A DNA stretch of 64,000 nucleotides from Deltaproteobacteria bacterium (GTDB taxonomy: Bacteria; Desulfobacterota_D; UBA1144; Nemesobacterales; UBA2774): NCBI GenBank assembly GCA_029262275.1, contig JAJCZS010000007.1:58785-122784 (forward strand), written 5' to 3'. Of this stretch, positions 37,713-47,590 are shown piece by piece. The position numbers and the translations under genes were made by a program. The notes beneath the pieces are model-generated. The model was not told where the DNA came from and ran no database searches. It worked only from the letters and a program-made list of their open reading frames with translations. The number at the start of each line of letters is the position of its first letter. The first letter of the stretch is position 1.

Positions 37713-39272
37713 TTAAAATCTTTTTCTAATCATGTTTACTAGAAAGTCTGCTTCTTTGATTTTAAAGACTTTGGCTAGCAAGAAATAAATTACTACAGCT
37801 ACAATAATTGATCCTGCTAATATCCCGACTTTCTCAATTGCAAAAGCAGATTCGGTCCAGTAGGTAAGTTTTGATACCCTCCAAACCGCTACTCCCATAA
37901 TTCCTGAAATAACCGTTAATTTTGCAAGAAGGGCAACTATGGATTTTATATTTATATTTCCCACTCTTCTTTCAATTAGATAGAACAACAGTAGGAAATT
38001 TACGATGGATGATATAGAACTTGCCAGTGCCAAGCCTGTATGATTATAACCAAAAGTAAATCCTAATACATAGCCTAACACTGCGTTAATAATAAACGCG
38101 GCAAAGGCAATAATAACTGGGGTTTTAGTGTCCTGCATCGAATAGAAAGCAGGTGCTGTAATTCTGATCCCACCAACTGCCCAGAGACCAATAGCATATC
38201 CAAAGAGAGCCTGTGAGGTGAAGATCGTAGCAGCATAATCAAATTCCCCTCTTTGATATAACAGATTGACAATAGGCTCCCTTAAAACTATTAGTCCCAC
38301 GAGTGCAGGGATCAAGATAAAAAACATGAGCCTTAGGGTAAAGGAATAAGTTTCCTTAAATTTTGTGAAATCTTTGTTTGATACATGGGACGAAAGGCTC
38401 GGGAGCAGTACCGTAGCTATTGAGACTGCAATTATTCCGAGTGGAAACTCAATGAGACGCTCAGCAAAATATAGATAAGAAATTGTTCCTTCGGCCATAA
38501 ATGAGGCGTATTGGGTGTTCACCAAAATGTTCAAATTGTAGACGGCAACACCAAAGAGCTGCGGTATGATAAGAAATCCTATCTTTTTTACTGCAGGGTG
38601 TCTCAAACTTCTTGTAGGGCTAAAGAGAAAGCCCCTGCTTTTGAGAAAGGGCAATTGAAATAGGAACTGCAGGATACCGCCCGCGACTACTCCTGCGGCA
38701 GCTGCATAAATCGGTACATTGAAATTTTTGTAAACCAAAAAAACCGCAGCAATTATGCATATATTTAGAATCACAGGAGAGAATGCTGGGGCAAAAAAGT
38801 GTCTAAGCGAATTCAATACACCCATGGATAGCGCGGTTAATGAGATAAAGAGGATATATGGGAACATTATCCGGTTTAAAGAAACAGCCAGCTCAAAAGT
38901 GCTTTGGTCAAAGCCTGCTGCAAAGAGTTTTATTATGTATGGTGAGAGTAGAATTCCAGCGATTGATATCACAATTAGAAGTGACACCAAAATGGTAAAC
39001 ACTGCGTCGGCTACTTTTTTTGCTTCCTCTTTATTCTTGGTTTCCAGATATTGGGTAAAAACTGGTATGAATGAGATTGTAAGAGAGCCTTCTGCAAATA
39101 GTCTTCTTAGAAGGTTAGGTATTCTAAATGCAACCCAGAATGCATCAGTTGAAGCTGTGGCACCAAAAAAATATGCAATAACTACATCTCTTGCATATCC
39201 TGCTATACGGCTTAGAAATGTAAGCGAGCCTACAAGTCCTGCTGAGCGGGTTAGTTCTTCTTGATGTTTCAT
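37713..39272 (-). CDS. murJ: lipid II flippase MurJ (MviN)
   Basis: 519 aa, ~14 TM MOP-superfamily protein. N-terminal RSAGLVGSLTFLSRIAGYARDVVIAYFFGA…DAFWVAFRIPNLLRRLFAEG is characteristic of MurJ. Confidence 0.8.
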   Translation of the reverse strand: MKHQEELTRSAGLVGSLTFLSRIAGYARDVVIAYFFGATASTDAFWVAFRIPNLLRRLFAEGSLTISFIPVFTQYLETKNKEEAKKVADAVFTILVSLLIVISIAGILLSPYIIKLFAAGFDQSTFELAVSLNRIMFPYILFISLTALSMGVLNSLRHFFAPAFSPVILNICIIAAVFLVYKNFNVPIYAAAAGVVAGGILQFLFQLPFLKSRGFLFSPTRSLRHPAVKKIGFLIIPQLFGVAVYNLNILVNTQYASFMAEGTISYLYFAERLIEFPLGIIAVSIATVLLPSLSSHVSNKDFTKFKETYSFTLRLMFFILIPALVGLIVLREPIVNLLYQRGEFDYAATIFTSQALFGYAIGLWAVGGIRITAPAFYSMQDTKTPVIIAFAAFIINAVLGYVLGFTFGYNHTGLALASSISSIVNFLLLFYLIERRVGNINIKSIVALLAKLTVISGIMGVAVWRVSKLTYWTESAFAIEKVGILAGSIIVAVVIYFLLAKVFKIKEADFLVNMIRKRF

Positions 39273-39287
39273 CTTTTTCTTCAGCTA

Positions 39288-39512
39288 CTAAACACTTTCG
39301 ATATTGTCCACATCTTCAAACTCAATCTCGTTTTTCAAATACTCTAGAATTTTCTTTACCTGGTCTACTTGATCCTCAGTTGGAGTTATTTGCATTATCC
39401 CATTTTTGGGGTCCTGGGTCCTTACCCATGCAATATGGGAGTAAGTTCCCATAATTGATTGAAAGTAAACTGTTTCAGATATGTTTTTAAGTTTTATATA
39501 TATGTTAGGCAT
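39288..39512 (-). CDS. hypothetical small protein (74 aa) immediately upstream of, and co-oriented with, murJ
   Basis: ORF ending 15 nt before the murJ start. No recognised motif. Confidence 0.3.
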   Translation of the reverse strand: MPNIYIKLKNISETVYFQSIMGTYSHIAWVRTQDPKNGIMQITPTEDQVDQVKKILEYLKNEIEFEDVDNIESV

Positions 39513-39841
39513 ATTGGTGTCATTAGGAAAATTTATGAAGATTATATCTTAATTTGCCGTTTTTGTCCGATAGTTTGTTCCATATGAGCTATTTTTGTTT
39601 TGGATAGCCTAGAGCGAGAGTGGTATAAATTGGCATATAGACTATTCTTTGATATTGTGAGTTTTATATGATTATTCTTTAATAACAGCATGATAGAGCA
39701 CGTTATTAAAGTGAGTTCCAAGAACCCTAATTATAAGATACCCTTTATTTACAATATCTAAGTCCTCTTTATTGACCCAAAAAGCTGTGCTGTTTAATAC
39801 ATCCAAAATTACTAAAAAATTGATAAATGACAAAACCTTAC

Positions 39842-39905
39842 TTGACAAAGTTAATACAATTTTATATAGTGGTTTGAAGTGGCATAAAGTGGCACAATAG
39901 GGCGC
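39842..39905 (+). promoter_or_regulatory. dcw-cluster promoter (Pmra) with putative MraZ operator repeats
   Basis: TTGACA (39842-47), a 17-nt spacer, then TATAGT (39865-70). Three direct repeats at 10-bp period follow (AGTGGCA 39878, AGTGGCA 39888, TAGGGCG 39898) immediately 5' of the mraZ ATG. This resembles the MraZ-box architecture (AAAGTG[GT]G repeats). Confidence 0.5.
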
Positions 39906-39908
39906 AGC

Positions 39909-40355
39909 ATGTTTAGAGGAAGATACGATCATACCATGACCGAAAAGGGGAGAATAAGCATACCCTCTAAATTTAGAGAGGTGTGTAGGGAGAAGTACGG
40001 GGGTGAGATCTTTATTGTTACCAACTTTGATAAATGCTTAGCCGCATATCCGCTTAGAGAATGGAACGAAATTGAGAGGAAGGTCTCTGAGCTGCCACAA
40101 TTCAAGCATGAAGTCATTTCATTTCTCAGGTACTTGATGGGTAGTGCCGTGGACTGTCCAATGGACGGACAGGGAAGAATTCTTATACCTCAAACATTAA
40201 GAAACCAAGCTCGTATAGATAAAGAGGTAATATTAATAGGCATGCTAACCAAAGTCGAAATCTGGTCAAAAGAAGTCTGGGAGCAGGAAGAGGCGGATAG
40301 AGCATATGAAGAATTTAAAAAAAGTAGGGAAATACTTGCAGCACAAGGACTATAA
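39909..40355 (+). CDS. mraZ: transcriptional regulator MraZ
   Basis: Begins MFRGRYDHTMTEKGRISIPSKFRE and carries a second SpoVT/AbrB-like half (DGQGRILIPQTLRNQA). 148 aa. Confidence 0.9.
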   Translation: MFRGRYDHTMTEKGRISIPSKFREVCREKYGGEIFIVTNFDKCLAAYPLREWNEIERKVSELPQFKHEVISFLRYLMGSAVDCPMDGQGRILIPQTLRNQARIDKEVILIGMLTKVEIWSKEVWEQEEADRAYEEFKKSREILAAQGL

Positions 40356-40359
40356 GACC

Positions 40360-41319
40360 ATGGAAAACGCCGTGTTGGAACAGAAGGCACCAGTGCATGT
40401 GTCAGTTATGACCAATGAGGTATTGGATAACTTAATTACACGCCGTGATGGATTGTATGTTGACGCCACCTTAGGCTTGGGCGGACATACAAAATCAATT
40501 CTCGATATCACAAATAACCAATCCAAAGTTATAGGGCTTGATGTAGATCAAGAGGCTATTGATATAGCTCAGAACAACCTGTCTAAGTACAACAGCAATG
40601 TAGTTTTTAGAAACAGCAATTTTTCAGAAATTGACAGAGTACTTTTAGATCTCGAAATAGGAGAGGTCGATGGCATAGTTGCAGATCTTGGGATGTCATC
40701 ATATCAATTAGATTCTAGTGAGAGAGGATTTAGTTTTAGTAGGGATGAAAAGCTTGATATGCGTATGGATTCTAGATTGAGATTTACGGCATATGATTTA
40801 GTAAATGAAATGAGTGTTGATGAGATCTCAAAAGTTCTAAAAGTATACGGTGAGGAAAGATGGTCTAGAAGAATTGCTAAACGAATAATACAGACTAGAA
40901 GTGAAAAACCTATTTCGACATCCGCAGAACTTGCTACTGTGGTTTATCAGGCAGTTCCAAAGAAGTTTCATCCTGCCAAAACACATCCTGCAACTAAAAC
41001 ATTTCAGGCCTTCAGGATTGCTGTTAACCATGAACTCGATTGTATTGAGGAATTCATCACAAAAGCAATACCATTTCTGAAGTCAGGCGGCAGACTAGTA
41101 ATCATATCGTTTCATTCCCTAGAAGACAGAATTGTAAAAACTCAATTTCAACATTTTTCTTCCCCATGTATATGCCCGCCCGATTTACCCATGTGCGGGT
41201 GTGGTAAAAGAAGTGAAATAAAAATATTAACCCGATCACCTCTATCACCTAGTGAGGCGGAGGTGTTAAATAATCCAAGGTCTAGAAGTGCAAAAATGAG
41301 GGTAGGTGAGAAGATCTAA
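40360..41319 (+). CDS. rsmH: 16S rRNA (cytosine1402-N4)-methyltransferase
   Basis: HVSVMTNEVLDNL…YVDATLGLGGH SAM-binding N-terminus. The ORF track starts at 40306, but the ATG at 40360 follows the mraZ stop and matches the family N-terminus. Confidence 0.9.
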   Translation: MENAVLEQKAPVHVSVMTNEVLDNLITRRDGLYVDATLGLGGHTKSILDITNNQSKVIGLDVDQEAIDIAQNNLSKYNSNVVFRNSNFSEIDRVLLDLEIGEVDGIVADLGMSSYQLDSSERGFSFSRDEKLDMRMDSRLRFTAYDLVNEMSVDEISKVLKVYGEERWSRRIAKRIIQTRSEKPISTSAELATVVYQAVPKKFHPAKTHPATKTFQAFRIAVNHELDCIEEFITKAIPFLKSGGRLVIISFHSLEDRIVKTQFQHFSSPCICPPDLPMCGCGKRSEIKILTRSPLSPSEAEVLNNPRSRSAKMRVGEKI

Positions 41320-41321
41320 TT

Positions 41322-41654
41322 ATGAGCAGTCCTAGTAAGTCTAGAAAAAAAGAAAGAAAGCAATCCGGAGGCTCCATACTATCGACCGGAGTAATCGTTC
41401 TTATATTAATCGCAATAGGGCTTTCTCTGGTTTATGTGAGGATAAAGGTTGAAGAGGTAAGCCTGGGTTATGAAATTTCAAGGAACAAGAAAAATACAGA
41501 GGATCTTTTAAAAGAAAATAGGACCTTACAATCTGATTTTATGAAATTAAAGTCTGCTGAAAAGCTTGAAGAAGTAGCCTCTGAGCTAGGTTTCAAGTTT
41601 CCAACGCAGGAAGACATCATTTATATCGAAAAAAATAAAGTAGTAGGTAAATAG
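41322..41654 (+). CDS. ftsL: cell division protein FtsL
   Basis: 110-aa bitopic protein: one TM helix, then a coiled coil. Positioned between rsmH and ftsI. Confidence 0.55.
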   Translation: MSSPSKSRKKERKQSGGSILSTGVIVLILIAIGLSLVYVRIKVEEVSLGYEISRNKKNTEDLLKENRTLQSDFMKLKSAEKLEEVASELGFKFPTQEDIIYIEKNKVVGK

Positions 41655-41657
41655 GCA

Positions 41658-43589
41658 ATGAAGCCAAAGAGAAGTGTAAAAAGAATGTCTCTAGCAAGAG
41701 ACTTGGATAAACCAAGATGGAGAGTTTTTATAATTGCTGCTCTTATCATTGCACTTTTTGCTATGGTTTCTGTAAAAGCTCTTGAACTCCAGGTTTTAGA
41801 TCGAGAGAGAGCCTTTAAGATAGCTAGAAAACAACATCACGGAACCTCAACGCTTCTTCCCAGAAGAGGGACAATCTATGATAGAAATGGCAGGGAACTG
41901 GCTATAAATGTGGATGTAAAATCTATTTACGCAAATCCTAAGAAAGTTAAAGATCCTAACCAAACTGCAAAGCTTCTATCTGAGAAGCTAAGTCTTCCTG
42001 AGAAGAAAATACAAAAACGCGTAGCATCAAATAAATCTTTTGTATGGATAAAGAGGCTTGCTGATTCAAAGGCAGCAGAGGAGCTTCAGAGCTCTGATAT
42101 AGAGGGCTTGGGGTTTATTCCTGAACCTAAGAGAGTTTATCCTAATGGTTCTTTAATGGGACAAGTAATTGGTTTTACAGATGTTGATTCTATAGGTATT
42201 GAAGGCATAGAGTATCACTATGATGGCTTACTTATTGGTAAAACGAGAAAGCTCACCTTAAAAAGAGATGCCAGAGGTCATAAAATATTAAGCGACCTCA
42301 GTGAGATTCACGATATAGATAAGGATAAGACCTCCGGTCAGGACATAGTTCTTACGATTGATTCCCAAATTCAACACATAGTTGAGAGACAATTGAAAGA
42401 AGGCATCGAGGAGATGGGTGGAGAAAAAGGTATGGCAATTGTCATGAAACCGGAGACGGGAGAAATTCTTGCCATGGCCTCATATCCTTTTGTTGATCCC
42501 AATGACTTTAGCAAATTCCCCCAACAAAACAGAAGAAATCTTCCTATATGGTATGCGCATGAACCTGGATCCACGATGAAGGTTTTTCTTGCAGCATCAG
42601 CGATTGAGGACAAGAAGGTAAATCCGAACTCAAAATTTAATTGTGAAAACGGCCGAAGAAAAATAGGCTCTGCTGTTATTAAAGATATAAAACCCAGGGG
42701 CACCCTTACCGTGACTGAGATTGTGCAGTACTCAAGCAATATTGGAGCATCTAAGATCGGGGAGCTAATGGGTAGGGATAAATATTACACATATTTAAAG
42801 AAGTTTGGTTTCGGAGAGAAAACTGGAATAGGGCTTCCAGGCGAGTCTAGAGGCCAGCTTGCGGGTCCCAGAAAATGGGGCGCTATAGAGCTTGCAACTA
42901 TATCTTTTGGTCAGGGTGTATCTGTTACTTCACTTCAACTCGTTACAGCCCTTTCTGCCATTGCTAATGGCGGATACCTTATGAAACCTTATGTGATAGA
43001 AAAAATAGTGGACCCTGAAGGAAATATAGTTGAGGAAAATAAGCCTGAGGTTATTACAAGGGTCATATCCTATGATACGTCTCATCAGATGAAGCAAATC
43101 ATGCAAAATGTAGTAGAGAACGGAACTGGTAAAAAAGCTCAAATTCCTGGGTTCTCAGTTGCTGGTAAGACCGGTACAGCTCAGATTCCTGATCCTAAAT
43201 CCGGAGGTTATCATCCGGATAGATATATAGCTTCTTTTATTGGGTTTACTCCTGTTGAAGATCCGGAAATAGTTATGGCTGTGGTTGTTGAAGCACCAAG
43301 GAAAAAAACCCATGGGGGTTCAGTTGCAGGCCCTATCTTCAAACAAATAGCTGAAAAAGTACTTTTTCATATGGGCGCTAGTCCCAATAAAGAACTCGTT
43401 GGTATGAAGGTTATGCCTGACCTTAGCGGAATGAGTGTTAGAGATATTCTCATATGGTCTGAGACAGAAGGAGTTAAGGTAGAAGTAAAAGGCAGTGGTT
43501 ACGTAGCAAATCAAAAACCTGAGCCGGGAGACTTAATTAAAGAGGGCATGGTCTGCTCAATTGAGCTTAAACAAAAATATGATCTTTAG
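41658..43589 (+). CDS. ftsI: peptidoglycan D,D-transpeptidase FtsI (PBP3)
   Basis: N-terminal TM anchor, PBP dimerisation domain, and transpeptidase motifs STMK (EPGSTMKVF), SSN (YSSNIGASK) and KTGT (AGKTGTAQ). Confidence 0.9.
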   Translation: MKPKRSVKRMSLARDLDKPRWRVFIIAALIIALFAMVSVKALELQVLDRERAFKIARKQHHGTSTLLPRRGTIYDRNGRELAINVDVKSIYANPKKVKDPNQTAKLLSEKLSLPEKKIQKRVASNKSFVWIKRLADSKAAEELQSSDIEGLGFIPEPKRVYPNGSLMGQVIGFTDVDSIGIEGIEYHYDGLLIGKTRKLTLKRDARGHKILSDLSEIHDIDKDKTSGQDIVLTIDSQIQHIVERQLKEGIEEMGGEKGMAIVMKPETGEILAMASYPFVDPNDFSKFPQQNRRNLPIWYAHEPGSTMKVFLAASAIEDKKVNPNSKFNCENGRRKIGSAVIKDIKPRGTLTVTEIVQYSSNIGASKIGELMGRDKYYTYLKKFGFGEKTGIGLPGESRGQLAGPRKWGAIELATISFGQGVSVTSLQLVTALSAIANGGYLMKPYVIEKIVDPEGNIVEENKPEVITRVISYDTSHQMKQIMQNVVENGTGKKAQIPGFSVAGKTGTAQIPDPKSGGYHPDRYIASFIGFTPVEDPEIVMAVVVEAPRKKTHGGSVAGPIFKQIAEKVLFHMGASPNKELVGMKVMPDLSGMSVRDILIWSETEGVKVEVKGSGYVANQKPEPGDLIKEGMVCSIELKQKYDL

Positions 43590-45063
43590 AGAACTTCTAA
43601 ATGGTGTAGACGTTGTAAATTTCAAAGGAGATGAAGGGGTAGAGATTTCCGGGGTTAGTTTTGATTCTAATAAAGTTAAAGAAGGGTATTTATTTGTAGC
43701 TCTAAGAGGTGAGAATGCCGATGGACATAACTACATAGAATCGGCGCTAAATAATGGTGCAAGCGCACTTATAGTTGAAAAGCTTAACGATGTTAGTTCT
43801 AAAGAAATTTCAGTAGCACAAGTAAATGATTCCAGGGCGGCACTTGCAGTAGTTTCAGCTAACTTTTTCGGACATCCGACAAAAGAACTCACACTGGTTG
43901 GTATCACAGGTACAAACGGGAAGACCACGATTACCTATTTGCTGGAATCAATATGGGATCATGAACAAAATAAATCAGGTGTTATAGGAACGATTGATTC
44001 TCGCTACGCAAACAATATAAAAGAGTCTGCCATGACAACCCCTGAATCTTTACAACTAATGGGGATCATCAAAGAAATGAAAGACTCGGGAGTAGAAGCT
44101 GTGGCAATGGAGGTTTCTTCACATGCGTTGGATAAACAAAGGGTGAAGGAGTGTCATTTTGATGCTGCTGTGTTTACAAATTTAACACAAGACCATCTTG
44201 ATTATCACAGCTCAATGGAAAGCTACTTTGAGGTTAAGAAAAGACTCTTTACAGAATATTTAGCACAGAGTGATAAGAAAGATAAATATTCCATTATAAA
44301 TATAGATGACCCTTATGGTGCAAGACTGTTGGATGATACAGTTGGGGAAAAAGTGTCCTATTCAATCAATAACAGTACTGCAGCCGTTTACGCGAAAGCT
44401 TCAAAAATTACAGAAAATGGGATTGAGGCGATGATTAATACTCCAGGCGGTGATGTACGGATTAGATCAACGCTGTTTGGGGAGCATAATTTATCAAACA
44501 TTCTTGCCGCAGTGGCCGCAGCCATTTCTTTGGGCTCCTCGGTAGAATCTATTGAGAAGGGTCTTTCTAATATTTCATCAGTCCCTGGAAGACTTGAGGC
44601 GGTTCCTAATGAGCTTGGGTTTAAGGTGCTTGTTGATTATGCCCATACTCCTGATGCTCTTAAAAATGTGCTCTTGGCTGCAAGACCTCTTACTGAGGGC
44701 AACTTGATATTAGTGTTTGGATGCGGAGGGGATAGGGATAATGCTAAAAGACTACTTATGGGCAAGATAGGAAAAGAACTCTCAGACATACTGATTATTA
44801 CATCTGATAACCCACGCACTGAAGATCCAGAAATTATTTTAGACCATATAGAAAAAGGTGTGTATGAAGTCCCTGAAGATAAAAAGCCCTACCATAGGGT
44901 TGTAGATAGAACAGTCGCTATTGAACAGGCAATTAAAGCTGCTAAAAAGAATGACACTGTGCTCATCGCTGGTAAAGGGCATGAGGATTATCAGATTATT
45001 GGAACTACTAAACACCCGTTTGATGATAGAGAGATTGCAAGGGAGGCATTAAAAGAGCTTTAA
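43561..45063 (+). CDS. murE: UDP-N-acetylmuramoyl-L-alanyl-D-glutamate--2,6-diaminopimelate ligase
   Basis: GITGTNGKTTITYLL P-loop and the MurE-specific DNPR motif (ITSDNPRTEDP). Overlaps the ftsI 3' end. The start may be the Met at 43579. Confidence 0.9.
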   Translation: MSLNKNMIFRELLNGVDVVNFKGDEGVEISGVSFDSNKVKEGYLFVALRGENADGHNYIESALNNGASALIVEKLNDVSSKEISVAQVNDSRAALAVVSANFFGHPTKELTLVGITGTNGKTTITYLLESIWDHEQNKSGVIGTIDSRYANNIKESAMTTPESLQLMGIIKEMKDSGVEAVAMEVSSHALDKQRVKECHFDAAVFTNLTQDHLDYHSSMESYFEVKKRLFTEYLAQSDKKDKYSIINIDDPYGARLLDDTVGEKVSYSINNSTAAVYAKASKITENGIEAMINTPGGDVRIRSTLFGEHNLSNILAAVAAAISLGSSVESIEKGLSNISSVPGRLEAVPNELGFKVLVDYAHTPDALKNVLLAARPLTEGNLILVFGCGGDRDNAKRLLMGKIGKELSDILIITSDNPRTEDPEIILDHIEKGVYEVPEDKKPYHRVVDRTVAIEQAIKAAKKNDTVLIAGKGHEDYQIIGTTKHPFDDREIAREALKEL

Positions 45064-45078
45064 TTGTAGGACATTCAT

Positions 45079-46449
45079 ATGATGGATATAAATTTCATAC
45101 TCGAATCTACTAGTGGCAAGCTCTTGTCAGGAAATAGCGCTGCTACGTTTAGCAGAGTATCTACAGATACAAGGAAAATAACTCGGGATGAAATCTTTTT
45201 CGCTTTAAAAGGCGATAACTTTGACGGTCAGAATTTTGTTGAGGAAGCCTTTAAAAACGGCGCAAGTGGGGCAGTCATAGAAGGTTCACTGTCACAGGCT
45301 GTAGATGGAAAAGTGGTTATACAAGTTCCTTCTACTCTAAGGGCTTTAGGTGATCTTGCATCAAGTTGGAGAATGAGCTTCCCGGATCTCAAACTTGCTG
45401 CAATCACGGGATCAAACGGAAAAACTACAACTAAAGAGATGACGTGGAGTATTGTTTCCCTAAAGCATAATACACTTAAAAACACTGGCAATTTTAATAA
45501 TTTAATTGGACTGCCGCTTACCCTTTTTGAGTTGAATAGTGATCATACGGCTGCAGTTGTAGAGGTTGGAATGAACGACTTTGGAGAGCTTAGAAGGCTC
45601 TCGGAGATTGCGCTTCCAGACATTGGTGCTATAACCAACATAGGGCACGCTCATCTTGAAAAATTGGGTGGGCTTGACGGGGTTGCTAAAGCAAAAGGAG
45701 AGCTTGTAGAGAACTTCACAGAGGATAATACTTTTGTAGTCAATCTGGATGATCCTAGGGTGGAGAAAATAGCAGACTCTCTTAATTGTGAAAAAATTAC
45801 ATATGGAATTAAATCTGATAAAGCCATGATCAGAGCAAGCGAGATAGAATCCAGTGATCTATCAAATATAAAGTTTGTTATGACTATTGGTGATGAACAA
45901 ATTCCAGTTCAGATTAAAGGAATTGGGCTTCATAACATCATGAACTCACTTTGTGCTGCTGGGATCGCTTTTTCTTTAGGATGCGACAGCTCTCAGATTC
46001 AGCAAGGACTCGCAAGCTATAAGCCAACCCATATGAGACTTGAAGTACTGGATACCAATTATGGTTTTAAAGTAATAAATGACGCCTATAATGCCAACCC
46101 GGATTCTATGAGCCGAGCAATAGACGAGCTTGTCAGATTAAATGGGGGCGGAAAAGCAATAGCTGTGCTAGGTGATATGCTCGAGCTTGGAGAAGGAAGC
46201 GAATCTGAACATATAAAATTAGGCAAATATCTCTCTGCTTGCGGAGTTGATAGTGTTATTGCATATGGTCAATTTTCACCTAATCTTTTACAAGGATTTG
46301 ATGATTCGAAAAATGGACTCAGTGCAACTACACACGAGGAAGCAGCCGCAATTTTGCTTGAGCTGGCTGACCCTGGTGATTTAGTTTTAGTAAAAGGCTC
46401 TAGAGGATCGAAAATGGAGCTAGTGATAAAAGAGCTAGAAAAGGAGTAA
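45079..46449 (+). CDS. murF: UDP-N-acetylmuramoyl-tripeptide--D-alanyl-D-alanine ligase
   Basis: AITGSNGKTTTKEM P-loop, Mur-ligase middle and C domains. Position after murE. Confidence 0.9.
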   Translation: MMDINFILESTSGKLLSGNSAATFSRVSTDTRKITRDEIFFALKGDNFDGQNFVEEAFKNGASGAVIEGSLSQAVDGKVVIQVPSTLRALGDLASSWRMSFPDLKLAAITGSNGKTTTKEMTWSIVSLKHNTLKNTGNFNNLIGLPLTLFELNSDHTAAVVEVGMNDFGELRRLSEIALPDIGAITNIGHAHLEKLGGLDGVAKAKGELVENFTEDNTFVVNLDDPRVEKIADSLNCEKITYGIKSDKAMIRASEIESSDLSNIKFVMTIGDEQIPVQIKGIGLHNIMNSLCAAGIAFSLGCDSSQIQQGLASYKPTHMRLEVLDTNYGFKVINDAYNANPDSMSRAIDELVRLNGGGKAIAVLGDMLELGEGSESEHIKLGKYLSACGVDSVIAYGQFSPNLLQGFDDSKNGLSATTHEEAAAILLELADPGDLVLVKGSRGSKMELVIKELEKE

Positions 46450-46455
46450 TGGTAA

Positions 46456-47565
46456 ATGTTTCATCTTCTGTATCTGCTGAAAGATGATTTTATTATTTTC
46501 AATGTGTTTAGATACATAACGTTTCGTTCTTTCGGAGCAGGTGTAACCGCATTTCTCATAAGCATAATATTGGGAGGGGTTTTCATAAGATTCCTTGCCC
46601 GCCAGCAGCTTAAAGAAAATATTAGAGACGACGGACCTGAAAGTCATAAAGTAAAAGCGGGTACTCCTACGATGGGGGGAGCTTTTATTGTTGTCTCAAT
46701 CGCAGTGTCCACACTTCTTTGGGTAGATCTTACAAGCCAGGTTATGTGGACTGTTCTTCTTTTTACTTTTAGCTATGCCCTAATCGGTTTTCTTGATGAC
46801 TGGCTTAAGTACAAAAAGGGAAAGGGCATGAGCGCAAGATTGAAATTCTTATTGCAAATAGTTTTCGGAACGCTCTTTGTCGCACTAATTTTGACCGAAA
46901 TAAATAGTTTTAATATGGTGGTTAGCGGGAGTGAAATCCAGAGCTATCCCTATACGTCAGTTCTATTTCCATTTCTAAAAAAAGCGGTCTTGGACCTTAG
47001 CTGGTTCTATATACCTTTTGGAGTCTTAGTTGTAGTAGGAGCTTCAAACTCAGTCAATTTAACCGATGGTTTAGATGGTCTTGCAATTGGTTCCATATTA
47101 ATAGCCACTGCAACATATATTATTTTTTGCTATCTATCTGGCCATCAAGAATTCTCAACTTATCTACAAATTCCCTACATCCCTCAGGGCGGAGAGCTTG
47201 CCGTATATCTAGCGGCAGTGGGAGGGGCGTGCCTTGGCTTTCTCTGGTACAATTCTCACCCAGCACAAGTCTTTATGGGCGATGTGGGCTCCCTCGCACT
47301 AGGAGCCGCAATAGGTTCAGTTGCCTTAATAATAAAACAGGAATTATTGCTCATTTTGGTTGGAGGGATTTTCGTAGCAGAGGCGCTCTCAGTAATTATT
47401 CAGGTTATTTCCTTTAAGCTTACCGGCAAGAGAGTCTTTAAAATGGCACCGCTTCATCATCATTTTGAGTTAAGTGGATGGTCTGAATCTAAGGTGGTTA
47501 TAAGATTCTGGATTATATCCCTAGTGCTTGCACTATTTGCTCTGTCAACGCTAAAACTTAGATAA
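46456..47565 (+). CDS. mraY: phospho-N-acetylmuramoyl-pentapeptide transferase
   Basis: 10-TM protein with the conserved NSVNLTDGLDGLA and FMGDVGSLALG motifs. Confidence 0.95.
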   Translation: MFHLLYLLKDDFIIFNVFRYITFRSFGAGVTAFLISIILGGVFIRFLARQQLKENIRDDGPESHKVKAGTPTMGGAFIVVSIAVSTLLWVDLTSQVMWTVLLFTFSYALIGFLDDWLKYKKGKGMSARLKFLLQIVFGTLFVALILTEINSFNMVVSGSEIQSYPYTSVLFPFLKKAVLDLSWFYIPFGVLVVVGASNSVNLTDGLDGLAIGSILIATATYIIFCYLSGHQEFSTYLQIPYIPQGGELAVYLAAVGGACLGFLWYNSHPAQVFMGDVGSLALGAAIGSVALIIKQELLLILVGGIFVAEALSVIIQVISFKLTGKRVFKMAPLHHHFELSGWSESKVVIRFWIISLVLALFALSTLKLR

Positions 47566-47590
47566 AGCTTTTAAAATATTGTGGAGTTAA

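Noticed and set aside
39672-39932. 86-aa minus-strand ORF overlapping the mraZ promoter and start
   Set aside because: It lies antisense over the Pmra -35/-10 and MraZ boxes, is AT-rich with no SD, and has no homology. Treated as spurious.
40306-40359. 18-codon 5' extension of rsmH overlapping the mraZ 3' end
   Set aside because: The RsmH family N-terminus starts at the Met at 40360, directly after the mraZ stop.
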